From NCBI RefSeq assembly GCF_009914755.1, contig NC_060935.1: a stretch of 64,000 nt of DNA. One strand, given 5' to 3'. Position 1 is the first letter of the stretch. Every line of letters starts with the position of its first letter. Shown one piece after another: positions 16,394 to 33,007 of the stretch. The position numbers and the translations under genes were made by a program. Origin of the DNA: the human T2T-CHM13v2.0 reference genome, Homo sapiens. The notes beneath the pieces were generated by a model. That model worked only from the letters and a program-made list of their open reading frames with translations. It was not told where the DNA came from and ran no database searches.

Positions 16394-16490
16394 GTTACAC
16401 ATATGGAAAAATTATTAAAGAATCTCAATCCATTTCATGTATTTGATTTTATTTCCTGGTAATGCAACACAGTTATGTTGAAAGGGAATA

Positions 16491-16775
16491 CAGTTGAACC
16501 TCCATATCTGTGGGTGCTGCATCCAGAAATTCAACCAACTATGAATCAAAAACGTTTGCAAAAACAATAAAAATAATAATGTAAACATTAAAAATAATAT
16601 AATACTTACATGATACCAGGTATAAGCAATCTAGAAATGATTTAAAATATACAGGAGGCTGTGCTTGGGTTATAGGCAAATGCCACCCATTTTACAAAAA
16701 GTACTTGAGCATCTACAGATTTTGCTAGCCATGGGGTACTGGAATCAATCCCCTGTGGATATGGAGAGATGACTG
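16491..16775 (-). mobile_element. MER2-family TcMar-Tigger DNA transposon
   Basis: TIRs CAGTTGAACCTCCATATC and GATATGGAGAGATGACTG with TA on both sides. Internal CTAGAAATGATTTAAAATATAC. Confidence 0.8.
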
Positions 16776-17002
16776 TATTGTCATTTAGATTGTTGTCCTT
16801 GTATTCCTCACCTTGTGACTTAATAGAAGTGTGAGTTTTAGTGACGATTTTAATGTTCTTGTACAATTCAAACAAATTAAGATGAGGGAGACTCTTAGGT
16901 AAGGAGACGAAACATTAACAACAAATAATGCTTGGCATTAGAATTGTTTAAAATGTTTTAAAGAATTGGCAAAGATTGTTATAAATATTTCAACCACTTT
17001 GC

Positions 17003-17140
17003 TATTATTCTCTCTGTTTTACAGATGAGATAAATGATGCTTGGAGAAGTTAAGGTACTTACTCAAAAACCATAAGAGTTAGTAAGTGATAGTACTAGAA
17101 ACTGCGGTGAGGCCTCTGACTCCAGAGTCTGAGCTTTGAA
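17003..17140 (-). mobile_element. MIR fragment
   Basis: TTTTACAGATGAGATAAATGATGCTTGGAGAAGTTAAG...CTGACTCCAGAGTC. Confidence 0.7.
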
Positions 17141-17829
17141 TGAGGATAGCATTCTCTCTGTAATCTGCTACGTATCTTCCCTCTGAACTTATTAGATGAG
17201 TGAGCAACCTTCATCACCTTTGTAAATTTGCAGCCAATGGTCAATAAATTTCTTTATTTTTCCCATTTTGTAATGGCAAGCAAATGCTGTTCATCCCACT
17301 TATATGTGAACATTTACTGTTTTTCTAAAATTAATCTTGCAATAAATGTTGAGGGGTTACTCTTTGAATTTTATGCTTATGATTATTTTCCTAACAAACT
17401 TTATACTACCTAATGAGGCAGCAGAGTATAACATGTAGATACTTTAAAGTAGGAAAGATGTGCTTTCAAATATTACCATTTCCTGTTATCTGATATAAGG
17501 TGCTTTACAGTATTTCTGGGCCTCTGTTTCTTCTTTGAAATATTTGTGATAAATAGTAATTGTTGTAGAAATGTGTTTTTTTTTATAAACTACATAGTAG
17601 CAAGCAATTTTGTTTTCAAGATGGTGAGTTGAGCCATTAATTTTATCCATCCTCGATCCCTAAATACCATTGAATTGTAAGGAATAATTAAATAAAATAG
17701 AAAAATTACAGTAGCAGTGTTGGGAAATAGAAAAGGTAAGGCATATGTAATAAAACCTGCAAATAATTTAAAGATAACATTAAGGAGACTATATGTCTAC
17801 CAAACACTTAAGAAAATCATGACTTCCAC

Positions 17830-18065
17830 TGATTGAATATTGATGCTGTGTTAAGCACTTACTATGTCTTTTACTCATACTATCTCATTTAATCCTTATA
17901 GCACCCCCATGATTTAGATACACAGTTATTACTATTTTATCGATTTAGGAAACTGAGGCAAAATGAATGTAAGTAATGTAGGTAATAACACACTGGTACT
18001 AAGTGACAATGTTGAGATTTAAAACCAGGAAGTTTGCCTTCAGAGGCTATGATTTTAACCACTAA
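17830..18065 (-). mobile_element. MIR SINE
   Basis: ATCTCATTTAATCCTTATAGCACCCC...GGAAACTGAGGCA...TTTTAACCACTA. Confidence 0.75.
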
Positions 18066-18484
18066 ACTCTTCCTTCCTCAGACACGTATGAGTGGTCCTC
18101 TTGAGTGATAAATAAACACCTTTATTCATCCAGGTCTGAGAAAACTTTCACACTTAAGATGGAGAAAAGCAGTGTGTCTTGGAGAAATTGTAGCAACTGA
18201 GGCCATATCAAGTGAAACACATGTCGGATATCTCTAAGGTAGTTGTTCAACTTTAAGATTCATTGAGCTCAGACTTTTGCTAAGTCGGGAATTACATGAG
18301 AAGAAAAGCCTCATATAGAGTGTATAGAAAGACAAGCAGAACGAGAACAGAAAAAAAAAAAAAGAAATGTCATGAAGTGGGTGTTTCTTTTCCTTTACTC
18401 AAACACACCTCTCACTTACTTATTATATACACTAGTATCATTTTCTAAGTGTATGACATGAATTCAGCAAATGAAGCATTCATG

Positions 18485-19442
18485 CAGAGCCAGCTTCATG
18501 GACATATATCCTGTGCAGTTCCATATGGCCTTGCCTTCCAAAGAGCCCCCACTCGGTTTAAGGCTCTGCCTCTCTATTGTGTACACCTTAATAATTTTAT
18601 CATTCAGTTTGTGTTTTGTAAGTGAAGTCAGATGGAGCAATCGAGTATGCCCATGCACAGAAGAGATCTGCATAATGTATGTCTGCTCTTATTCCTCACC
18701 ACCCTGTTCTCACATGGCATTCACAGTGGCCCATATGCACAGAATTCTGATGGACTCACAATGTGTAGGAGTTCACTGAGACTCAAAATGAACACAAGGT
18801 GTGTTGCATCTATCACTAAGTAAACTAATAGTCCCAAGAGGCCATGTGTTCTGCTATCAAAAGAACTTGTTTTAAATGCAGTAAGAAGGCAATGACACTC
18901 TGAGAAACAGAAACAACAAACGAACTCTGTCATACTCTTTCTTACCTTGAAAATGACGATGTAGAAGAAAAGGAAATAACAGGGCAACACAAAGTTACTT
19001 CTGTGTTCAGTTCTTACTTTCTCATCAATAGGGCAAATATAGAGTGTATTGGTGGAATATGCGTGAATCAAGAAGTGAAATAACACGTGAGTTACTTTTG
19101 TGCATTTCCATGATTCTGGTATTAGTGCAATACATATTTGAAAGAAGCTACTTTGTATAAGTTGCACAATATCAGTAATTCACCATGAGTTGAAATCTCT
19201 TATATTTGCATTTAAAATTGGCATTGCACAATGTAAACAGTAAAATTAATGCTAAAATGTAAAAGTTTATTTTTTTCCTTACAATGATGTTATATAACAA
19301 ATAGGACATACCATGGCAATTAAAGACATTTCACAAAGAAAGGAAAAAAGCTTTATATTTTGTATCTTTAATAGGAGTATATTTCTGTATTTCGAACATT
19401 TTTATTTTGCTCTAGATTCCACAAATTATACAGGTGGCTTTG
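18485..19442 (+). mobile_element. MER45 (B/C-type) hAT-Tip100 DNA transposon, near full length
   Basis: 5' end CAGAGCCAGCTTCATGG...CCTGTGCAGT. Internal TTGTGTTTTGTAAGTGAAGTC. 3' end TTTTGCTCTAGATTCCACAAATTATACAGGTGGCTTTG. Confidence 0.75.
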
Positions 19443-20129
19443 CAATCCAGGGAATATGAAATGATTCAATAATGCCAGGAGACTACAAACTGGGGTAGAT
19501 CATTCTGTAGGCAGGAGGATGCTCTAATACTTAACACAAATAAGTCTGAATAAAATAAAGCTCTGCATTTTTAGCCATTGTCACAGAGGCAACAAACTAG
19601 AAATGTATAGGCATGGGAATTCTATCAGGAGCAAGACTGGGAGAGGACTGAGAGCAATAGGGAGGAAGGGGCTTCCTAGTCACCTAAAGTTTAACAAGTT
19701 TTGTTGTTGTTTAGTTAAGACTGTAAATATGATTATATTTTGCAAGTAGTAATTGTAACATATATATGGTGAGAGAACACTCTGTGTTAGTGATATGGAG
19801 TTTTATAAAATTAATTTATGACACATACATTGCTTACAACAAAGTTAATGTCTAATAAATAAATTTCAGTTATAATTATCATAATTATTATGATTATTAT
19901 TATTTAACTCTCAAAATATCTCTGAGATGAGTGTTATTATTATCCTCATTTTATACCTGATAGGATTAGAGAGATTAAGGCCTTTAAGATGACACAGAAA
20001 GAACCGACCACCAAACTCATATCCAGGAAGAAGATTCCTTTGTAGTCCTAAGTTCCTCATTTCTAATCATCTGGTCCTTCATGTTATCTTAACTAATGGT
20101 ACCTATGATCATATATCTTTAATAACCAC

Positions 20130-21510
<1,381 letters not shown>

Positions 21511-21869
21511 ATACATTTATTCTTATTGCTCTCTCCAAATGGATTGCTTTTCCTAATATATCTACATAGAGCACATCCTTACTTTACATAATTCTTTTCC
21601 CAAAAGTCACCATGTCAGGGAAGCTACACCATGACTTCTAGCTCTCCCAGGCTCTCTGATCACTGATCCTGATTTACTCATTTATGCTTTCATGTGTTTG
21701 TTTGTTTTTAACAAACTTTATTCTTGAGAATAGTTTTATAATTACAGAAAAAATGTGAAGATAGCACAGAAAATTCCCATATATACTGAACCCAATTACT
21801 CCTATTATTGACAACTTACATTAGTATGATATATTTCTTATAATTAATGAATGAATATTAACTAGGTTG

Positions 21870-22842
21870 ACTATCATCAGAGTGAACAGACAACCTACAG
21901 AACGGGAGAAAAGTTTTGCAATCTATCCATCTGACAAAGGTCTAATACCCAGAATCTACAAGGAACTTAAACAAATTTACAAGAAAAAAACAAACAGCTC
22001 CATTAAAAAGTGGGCAAAGGACATGAACAGACAATTCTCAAAAGAAGACATTTATGCGGCCAATTAATATATTAAAAAAGGCTCAACATTACTGATCATT
22101 ACAGAAATGCAAATCAAAAGCATAATGAGATACCATCTCCCACCAGTCAGAGTGGCGATTATTAAAAAGTCAAGACACAACAAATGATGGCAAGGCTGTG
22201 GAGAAATAGGAATGCCTTTACACTTGGTGGAAATGTAAATTAGTTCAACCATTGTTGAAGACAGTGTGGTGATTCCTCAAAGACCTAGAACCAGAATTAC
22301 CATTTGACCCAGCAATCAATTACTGGGTATACACCCAAAGGAATATAAATCATTCTATTATAAAGGCACATGCACATGTATGTTCACTGCAGCACTATTC
22401 ACAATAGCAAAGACACAGAATCAACCCAAATATTCATCAATGGTACACTGGATAAAAATGTGGTACATATACACCATGGAATACTATGCAGCCATAAAAA
22501 GTAATGAGATCCTATCCTTCGCAGAGACATGGATGGAGCTGGAAGCCATTATCCTCAGCAAACTACCAGAGGAACCAAAAATCAAATACCGCATGTTCTC
22601 ATTTGTAAGTGGAAGCTGAACAATGAGAATACATGGACACAGGGAGGGGAACAACACACACTGGAGCATGTTGAGGGGTTAGGGGAGGGAGAGCATCAGG
22701 ATAAATAGCTAATGCATGCTGGGCCTAATACCTAGGTGATAGGTTGATAGGTGCAGCAAACCACCATGGCACACATTTACCTAAGTAACAAGCCTGCATG
22801 CCCTGATCATGTATCCCAGAAAAAAATAAAATGAAATAAAAT
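21870..22842 (+). mobile_element. L1PA (about PA10-13) 5'-truncated 3' end
   Basis: ORF2 remnant [10 protein letters not shown]...YPSDKGLI. 3'UTR GAGAGCATCAGGATAAATAGCTAATGCATGC, then an A-rich tail. Confidence 0.88.
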
Positions 22843-23185
22843 TGTTAAAAATGTATACAATAAGTTTCATTCTTTGTGCTGAAAATTTCAATGAATTTTG
22901 ACAAATGCATAGTTTCATGTACCCACAATTAAGGTGTCATACAAAACAGTTTCAGAACCCTAAAAATCATGTGTTTCATCTATTCAAAGCCCTGCACTCC
23001 TGTTCTAAAAGTCTGGAAACTACTGATCTTTTTTGCTGCCTCTACAGGTTTAATTTTTTCAAAATGTCACACAAATGGAATCATATAGTATAAAGCTTGT
23101 CAGACCATCTCCTTTTACTCAATAATGTGTAATACACATTAAAATACATATAAAATTCATTTGACTTTTCTGAATTAGTGGATTA

Positions 23186-23623
23186 TTTTTATTGATATAT
23201 AATAGTTGTACATATTTTGGGGGTATATGTAATATTTTGATGCATGTATACAATCTGCAATTATCAAATCAGGGTGATTGCAATATCTGTAAATTCAAAC
23301 ATTTATCTTTTCTTTGTGATGGAAACATTCTAATTCTTCTCTTTCACCTGTTATTTAAACTTATTTCTTCTATTTAACTGTATTTTTGTACCCATTAACC
23401 AACTGCTCTTCATCACTCATCCCCACTACCCTTCTCACCCTCTGATAATCACCATCCTACTCTCTACTCTGTGAGATTCACTGTTTGTGATTCCAACATG
23501 AATAAATATATGTGATATTTGTCTTTCTGTGCCTGGCTTATTTCATCTAACAAAATGAACTCTAATCCCACCCATGTTGCTGCAAATGACAGAATGTCAT
23601 CATTTTTATGGCTGAATAATATT
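23186..23623 (-). mobile_element. L1MA 3' end fragment
   Basis: TTGATATATAATAGTTGTACATATTTTGGGGG...TTGTCTTTCTGTGCCTGGCTTATTTCA...GTTGCTGCAAATGACAG. Confidence 0.8.
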
Positions 23624-23999
23624 TATTTTGGACCGAATAAGATTTCATTGCATAGATACTCCACAGGTTGTTTATCTATTAATATTTTAAAGGGAATATT
23701 GGTTGCTTCCAGTTTTTGACAATTATAAATAAAGCTGATATACATATTTATATACAAGTATTTATGTGAACAAGTTTTCAAATCAGGTGGATGAGTACCT
23801 AGGAGCATAATTGCTGGATTCTATGGTAATACTATGTTTAGCTTTGTAAGAAACTACCAAACTGTCCTCCAAAGTGGCTATACCATGTATCATCCCTAAC
23901 AGAAATGAATCAGAGTTCTTGTTCTCCACATCTTCAACACCAATTAGTATTCTCAGGGCTTTTTTAAATCTATTTGGCAACAAAATTAAATTAAACAAA

Positions 24000-25250
<1,251 letters not shown>

Positions 25251-26674
25251 ATATATGTTTTGCAAATATTTTCTTCCAGTCTTTTTCTTGTCTTTTAACC
25301 ATTTTAACGGTGTCTTTAATAGACCAGAACTTTTTAATTTTAATAAAGTGCAAATTATAAATTTTTATCATTTAATAAATCATTTCTTATATTCTTTTAT
25401 TTATTTTTATTCTCATGATGTATTATACCTTGTTATGCCAGACAGAAATTTGTCTCTTGGCTTTCTCCCTTATTAGCATGTAAACTCCACGAAAGCAGTT
25501 ACATTGTTCTGTTTATATTATATTTCTTTTTTTTTTTTTTTTGGTGCTTCTATTGACATTTTCATTTCTGGGTTATTGGTTTATTATTTTGACTGACGGT
25601 TGCTTGTCTCATAAGCAGTTGTCAATATCCATATCAGCATTAAACACACATCAATTAGCTTTTAGGAAAAACAAAATAAAAATCACATATTAATTTTTCA
25701 GAATTAGAAAAGCAATCAAAAATGACACAAGCTGATGTACTTAAAGCCTCTAATAAGGAAAAAGTTCATACTATATTTCGACACCTAAAAAAGTTCTACT
25801 ATATTTTGATACTATCTGTCAAATAGATCCATTCAGTAAATAGTTGATAAATGCATATATAATTATATAAGCATATAAAAATAGAACTGTAAAGCTATGT
25901 TCTAAGCCAGTATTTTCCACATATTTAACACACTACATACTTCTATCAATAAAATTTTAGATCTAAGTATTTATATTTCAAAACCACCTGTTGTATATAA
26001 CATATTTACACAATTTTGTCAAAAAATTAGCTCCTATACCATATGTGTATCTATTACATATAACTTATATATATATATGTCCTACTGTACTAATAGAAAC
26101 CATGAAATCACAAATCAATAATTAAATGAGTATAAATTTCCTGTAAGCTTTAAAATATTTTCCTCTCAAATACAGACATTGGAAACCACTACTCAAAATC
26201 ATTATATTCTACTTTTTTCCATTTTAAATTAAACAGAATACTATCACAGTCTTAATCTACATCTTTTAATATTGTAATTACAGATATAATAAGCTGAGTT
26301 TTGCCAAGTGAAAGAAAGATTTGATCTGTCTTTAATTCCACACCTTTTATTGACTCTTTTATTTTCTTTTCAGTGTACCAGGTCAGATGTTTGCTGAGCC
26401 TAAGAATTATTTGGTATTCTGCCTATTCAAGAACTCTGCACACCTTAGAAATGGCAGAAACTTCTATTCCTTGGAATTGTGAGAATATATTTTCTGTTAT
26501 TTTAAGTCTTTCGAGTTTGTCATTTCTCATCATTATTAGGTATTCCTAGGAAATTATACATACATATATACATACGTACACACATATGTATATATTAGGC
26601 TTAACCATCTGTATGTTCTTTGAACATTAATTTTGATAATTATTAAGATAATAAAAGTAAACAGGAATAACAGT

Positions 26675-26895
26675 AGTTAACAAATATGGAATGCACCTGG
26701 TTATTTTGCAAAATGCTTTTACATGTGAATGTTATTTAAAGACAATTCTATTAAATAAGGATGAGGCTGTTATTTTCACTTTTCAATTGATCAAACCGAA
26801 ATTTACAGAAGTTACATAATTTCAGATAACCAGCAAATTGTAGAGCAAGAACTCATATCTAGGTCCCTGTTCCTCCAAATCTCAAGTTCCCAAGC
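26675..26895 (-). mobile_element. MIR fragment
   Basis: AAATGCTTTTACATG...AGAAGTTACATAATTT...GTAGAGCAAGAACTCATATCTAGGTC. Confidence 0.55.
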
Positions 26896-27694
26896 ATAAC
26901 ACTATGTTTGAAGCAAGGTTTTTAAGACACAGTTAAATATTCATTTTACTGCAGCACTTTAAAATATATTACCACACTTAATTGTTAGCAAAAGTTTTGG
27001 CACATTTAGGGAGTCTATAAATACTTATTGAATGAATAAACACATGTAGCAATGCAGTGTTTTTATATGGTAATATTTCTTTTAAAAGTATGGCTGCAAT
27101 ATGAAGTACATTTTTAAACGGGAAGAAAAACTGATTTTATGTCACAGTATCTGTCACCCAAAAACCAAGCTCCTTTTCTAATGAAAGTAGCTACCTCCAA
27201 AAGTACAGAAATCAACACAAACATTTACAGGGGCCTCTAAGACCCATAAACTACTCACCAAGCATGAAGAGCTTTTCTTCTAAGAATGCTCAAATGGAGT
27301 ATAAAAAAATACATTACTTTTATGTTCTCATGGCCCATTAAATCTTTCTTAATGCAGTATTCTTTTGACTCAGTATGTTTTGAGTATACCAAAATAGTGG
27401 TACTTGCTCTGGCTTTCATTATAGTGAGGGGCTATTATTCAACTGCTTTTATCTTTTATAGTTACCTATATAAATAGTGTTAATTCTTGGATTTAAAAAC
27501 ATTAAATTATCTATTTTTCACTAAAGCGAAAAGGACTTTTAGTCTAGTTCCTTTGAAAAGAACGTGAAATCTGTGTATATACCTGATCCCCTGTTCAAAA
27601 GCAGCAAGCAAGATCAAATGCTGGATTTCTTGAAAATTACCAATTTAAGAATTTAGCAGTGTATCAGTTGGCAATTTAACATATAACGGAAACA

Positions 27695-28180
27695 TCTATT
27701 GTGCATTGAATTGTGTCCCCTTTTTAGATATATGGAGGTGTAATAGCCATTATCTATGAGTGTGACCTTATTTGAAAATATGTACTTTGTAGATGTAATC
27801 AAATTAAGATGAGTTCATGTTAGACTAGATTGGGCTCTAATCCAGTATAAGAACTGCTGTTTTTATAAGAAGAGAAAACAGAGACACAGTGAGGTAAGTG
27901 TCATATGAAGATGAGACATGGGGACACAGAGACATAGAGGAAAGATGGATGTGTGAAAATGGAAGCAGAGATTAAACTTATACTGCCACATGCCAAAAAA
28001 TATTTGGAGGTAGAAGAAACAAGGAAAGATTCTCCCCTAGAGACTTCAAAGGGAGCAAGGCCCTGCCAACATCTTGATATTGAGCTTCTATCGTCTACAA
28101 CTGTGAGAGAATGAACCTCTATTGTTTTAGCCACTCAGTTTATGATACTTTCTTATGGCAACCCTAAGAAATTAAAATGA
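27695..28180 (+). mobile_element. MLT1C-like MaLR solo LTR
   Basis: TTGAATTGTGTCCCC...GTGACCTTATTTGAAAATA...GGAAAGATTCTCCCCTAGAG...GGCCCTGCCAACATCTTGAT...CTGTGAGAGAAT. Confidence 0.82.
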
Positions 28181-29766
28181 CATCTAATACTGTGCTAATA
28201 TTTCCAGATTCTGTTGATTCTATGTGTTAAGTATCTTAACAATGCATATGTTTCCTATCATTCTAAGGAATGTACGGCGTTAAATCCTGCCAAGAGTATT
28301 TATAGCTGTTGAACATTTCTTAGGTTTCAATCAATGAGAGTATTTATTACACCCATATTAAGGACTCCGACTTACTTTATCTACTATGAAGAAGTACATA
28401 TATGCCATGGGACATTTTCTTCAGAGATATCATTAGAGTCATACATGAAACATTTGAAACATACTAAGTAATTATTTTTTGGTCAATTTTCCTAGTTAGT
28501 TGGTTTCCTGACATATTTCATGAGGCATACTGCAAGCTGAGCACTATCTGATATATTGAACAGGCTGTATGACTTCCAATTCAGTTAGCAGAAGACACCT
28601 ATTGCAGTTATATCAATCATATTGTTTGAATGTTTCCATAGACACCTAATCAAGATTTCAAGGTGATTTGGCTTGGTAATTCAAACTACTTCCCTGCTGC
28701 CCAAGGAAGATAGACTATACAAATTGCATACACATTTTAGCTTCTGGCAGGTTATGCGGGCCACATCTTCCAGAAAATGTGTTCCCTATTTCTTGTCCTC
28801 AGATAGCATCTTGGAAGTAGGCAAAATACTCTTGTAAATCCATATTTTTCTCCAAATGCCTCTACTAATTTTCTACAATTTTCACTGTGGTCTCTTCTAC
28901 TTGACACATGAGTGTCGTCCTGGATTCCTAAGTGAGCTTTCAATACAGAGCATCCTATCACAAAACCTTTGATGATTGTAATACATGCATGCTTGATTAC
29001 TTATTAATATTTCTAAGGTACTATCTTGGAAATGTTGCTTGATTTTAAGGTAGTCATTTCCTAGCACTCGTGTAATATGGCCATATTCCCACACCATACT
29101 CCAGTCCAGAAAGAAGCACTGGGCTCTGTGTTCCCACAGCTGCCTCAATCACCAGGAATTTGGAACTGGAAAAAAAAAAAAGGAATTTTTTTCTCTGCCA
29201 TATAGTTTGTGAAAGAGAAAAAGTAGATCTGCTTGAAAAATGAGAAAGAAGATAACATACATGGAGGGGCAGAGATAAGAGCATAAGCTATGTCCTGAGG
29301 CCCAGCTATATTCCTGCTTTGATCCTCATAACCAATTCTTGAGCTAGCTTAAGTGGCTATCACTAAATTGCAGCCAAATTAGTGTTAATTAACATACTGA
29401 TTGTAATGGAATGAAGACGGAACTTTATGTTATTTAGGTGTCATTATCTTTTCCTTTCTCAGACTGCATTGTCCAGAAAGTTATTTGACTTATTCATTCT
29501 GATTGTTGGCGAGAGGTGGAGGTGGATAAATGACTGCATCCCTTTCTTATTTTTTGTGGACCATCTATTTTTGTAGTATTTAACGCTCTTGATCTCTCCT
29601 GTCTATATTTTTATTCATTGGTAGGCTTTTAAAAAAAAACACAGACTTTATTTTTTAGAGCAGTTTTAGACTCACAGCAAAATTGAGCTGAAGGTTCAGA
29701 AATTTTTCATATACCTCCTTCCTCCACCTTCACTCATTTTTGTCCATGATAAAGAGTGACTTGTCT

Positions 29767-29930
29767 AGATGGTACACCATGACTCATGCCCGTTATCCTA
29801 ACTACTTGGGAGGCTGAAGCAGGAGGATCGCTTGAGCCCAGGAGTTCAAGGACTCAGTGAGCTAGGATCATGTCACGGCACTCCAGGCTGGGGGACAGAG
29901 AAAGATCCTGTCTCTAAGTAAATAAAATAA
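29767..29930 (+). mobile_element. FRAM (free right Alu monomer)
   Basis: Single ~165-bp monomer with A-rich tail and 15-bp TSD AAGAGT(G/A)ACTTGTCT at 29752-29766 and 29932-29946. Confidence 0.8.
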
Positions 29931-30237
29931 GAAGAGTAACTTGTCTGAATGGTAAATCTGGAACAAGAAAGTAACATTTATTTGTAATCAATGCCTATAC
30001 TTCTTTTGATGAAATACTGTATGGCAGAGAATGTGTACCCTCCACCATGCTGTAAGTTTCAGCGTACCAGGCATTTTCCTTGGGGGAGGAAGCCTAGTAT
30101 AGCAGGAGGGGCAAAAGTTGAACTCAAAACAACATCTGGTGTATTGAGCAACGTATTTAGAAACCTCAACAGGTAACCTCCAGTTGGAGAGATAAATAAT
30201 ACTTTAAGATTGACGGCAGTTTTTATATCTGTACACC

Positions 30238-30750
30238 CATGCTCTGGTTATCTATTACTACAAACAGAAACTATCCAAAAATTTTAGACAGTGTGTCTTT
30301 GTGGCATCACCTGGGGCAGTGGGGTCTGGAATTTTCACTTCCAAGGTGGTATCCTCACACACATTCCTGGTACCTCCATGCTTCTTTGCCTTTCTCTCTC
30401 AGACATAGTGTCTGATATTCCATGTCTTCTCCATGTGGCTTGAACATAACACAATATGATGGTCTCAAATTAGCTATACTTTTTAGTTGATGGCTGGCTT
30501 CCAAAAAGATTATTTTAAGAGATCCAGGTGGATGCTGCAAGACTTCTCACAATACAGCTTCAGAAATCCAAGATCCTACCACTGCCATATTTTATGTGTT
30601 AAGCAAGTCACTGGGACTGCCCAGATTCAAAGGGGAGGGAATTAGTCTCTACTTCTACATGAAAAAAAAAATGGCAAAATCAGAATGTAGAAGAGTATGT
30701 GAGGTGAAAGATATTCTTAAAACTATGTTCAGAAAATATAATTAGCCACA
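30238..30750 (-). mobile_element. MLT1G/H-like MaLR LTR
   Basis: AAGCAAGTCACTGGGACTGCCCAGATTCAAAGGGGAGGGAA...GAAAATATAATTAGCCACA. Confidence 0.65.
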
Positions 30751-33007
30751 TCTGGCTTGTAACTGTTGAAACCTGGGTAGACAGCTTCAGGATTTAGGTG
30801 TAAGCCAGAAGGATTTTTATCTTTGTCAGTCATTATAGCATGTAACAGCTTTGTCAAATGTCAAGTGACGATTTCTATAAAGCGCAGTTGTAACAGCACT
30901 AAGCCTTACACAAGTGGTATACAGTTCTCAGCAAAACTGCAGAACTTTAACAAAGGCACGTGGATGTCAGCAAATTCAGAGGCTGAGGCCTTCATCAAAA
31001 GTGAGGGCCAGAAAAGGTACAGACTGCAGGGTTCAGTAAATTCAGCTATGATGTGAGGCCTCAAAATAGGCTAGCTGCAAGGGATCTACCAGGCTTAACC
31101 ATATACTGCAGGTTAGAACAAAGGTATACTTTGTTTTTGTTTTTAATACAATTCCAAGTTGAATCTGCTAGGCTTTGAACTGTAGATGTTAAGGTTTTTG
31201 TAAGCAGATATGACTGAAAGAAAATAATTTTGAGCATCATGGAAATTATCTTTATGGAAAGAGGACTTTAACACATAAATACTAAAGTAGGTCTTCCCAC
31301 TGTTAACAAGCAAGGCAGCTGAGTACAGAGTGCTCTACAAAAGATACAGAGTTTTTGCAAAACTACAGGTTTAAACTTTAACGGTTGTCCAGGAGAGGTA
31401 GAACCAGCTCAGATAACACAAATTTAATTCCACATTCAGGGTTATACATGGAGTTTTCTATAGTTTAATTTTGTTTTGGGGTTATTTTAAGACAGCTCTA
31501 CATTTTTTTACTGATATGAGGAAAAAAATCATCTTTATCATGCAAGTTTCTTAGGCCTAAAGAATTTCATAGCAGGAAGCAATAGAAACACTCCCAGGGG
31601 CATAAGGATGGAACACACCTTCTCACCTCTCTTCTCTTGAAAATATGGATACACAGATTTAGTAAAGCCCCCACACAACTCAATAATGGTGCAAGAACAG
31701 TGGAACTAAAGAGATTTACAAGCTGAAAGGAGGAAAAAGCATTTAGTCTTTGACCATGAAATACGATATTAGATGTGGACTTATCACAGCCGGTTGAGTT
31801 TTTGTTTTTAATTATGAAACGGTGTTTGATTTTGTCAAATGCTTTTTCTGCAACTATTGAGATGACCGTCTAGTTTTCGTCCTTTTTCTATGAATATGAT
31901 GATTTCTTACATTGATTGGCTTTTATAATTTAAATTAATTTTGGATTTCAGGGATAAATCATGTTATACTGTCAGGAACAAAGGATAACTTTCCTGGTTG
32001 ACATATAATCATTTTTACATATTGTGAATTTGATTAGTTAGGATTGAGGAAATTTTTGTCCATGTTCATAAGAGATTTTAGTCTAAAGTTTATTTTTCTT
32101 GTGATGTCTTTGTCTGGTTTTAATATCAAGTTAATACTGGCCCTACAATGAATTTGAAAATGTTCTAGTATTTGTAAGAGTTTTTGAGAGACTGTTACAG
32201 TTCTTTTTTAAATATTTGGTAAAATTAAAAAGTAAAGCCACAGAATTTGATTTGTGGGAAGTATTTAGCTTACTAATTTAACTTTTATACTTTCATAAGT
32301 TTATTTAGATTTATATTTCTCGTTCAGTCAGTTTATGGTGCTTGTTTCTTTCTAAGAACTTTTGTTTCATCTACATTATCTAATTTTTTGGCATAAAAGT
32401 CTTTTTAAATAATTTTTTCTTCTCTATGTCCTATACTGATATGCCCCTTTCCATTCTCGGTTTTAGTAATTTTAGTTCTCTCTCTTTTCTTGGTACATGT
32501 AGCATAAGGTTTGCTGATTTTGTTAATATTTTTGAATAACAAATATTTGGCTTCATTGATTATTTTATTTTTTTTCTCTTATCCTTGTTATTTAGTTTTG
32601 CTCGTTTTTATTTTTTTCTTAGTTTTGCTTGTTCTATGGTTAGTATTCTCTTATATCTTCAGTTTATTAATACAGAAGTTTAGGTTATTGATTTGAAATC
32701 TTCCTACTCTTCTAATATAGATATTTATAGCAATATATTTATTTTTTGACACAATTTTAGCTACATAAGTTTTGTATATTATATTATAATTTGGATTCAT
32801 CTCAAAGTAACTTTTAATTTTCTTTGTGATTTTCTTCTTGATGAATTAGTTGTTAAAAAGTTGCAACAACTAAAGCATTATTAAATACTAAGTGTTGTTT
32901 ATTTTTACATACTTGTGAATTTCCTAGATTTCATTCTCTTATTTCTATAAATTTCTAAATTTAATTCCACTATGGTCACAGAACACATTATTAAAATCGT
33001 TAAATAT

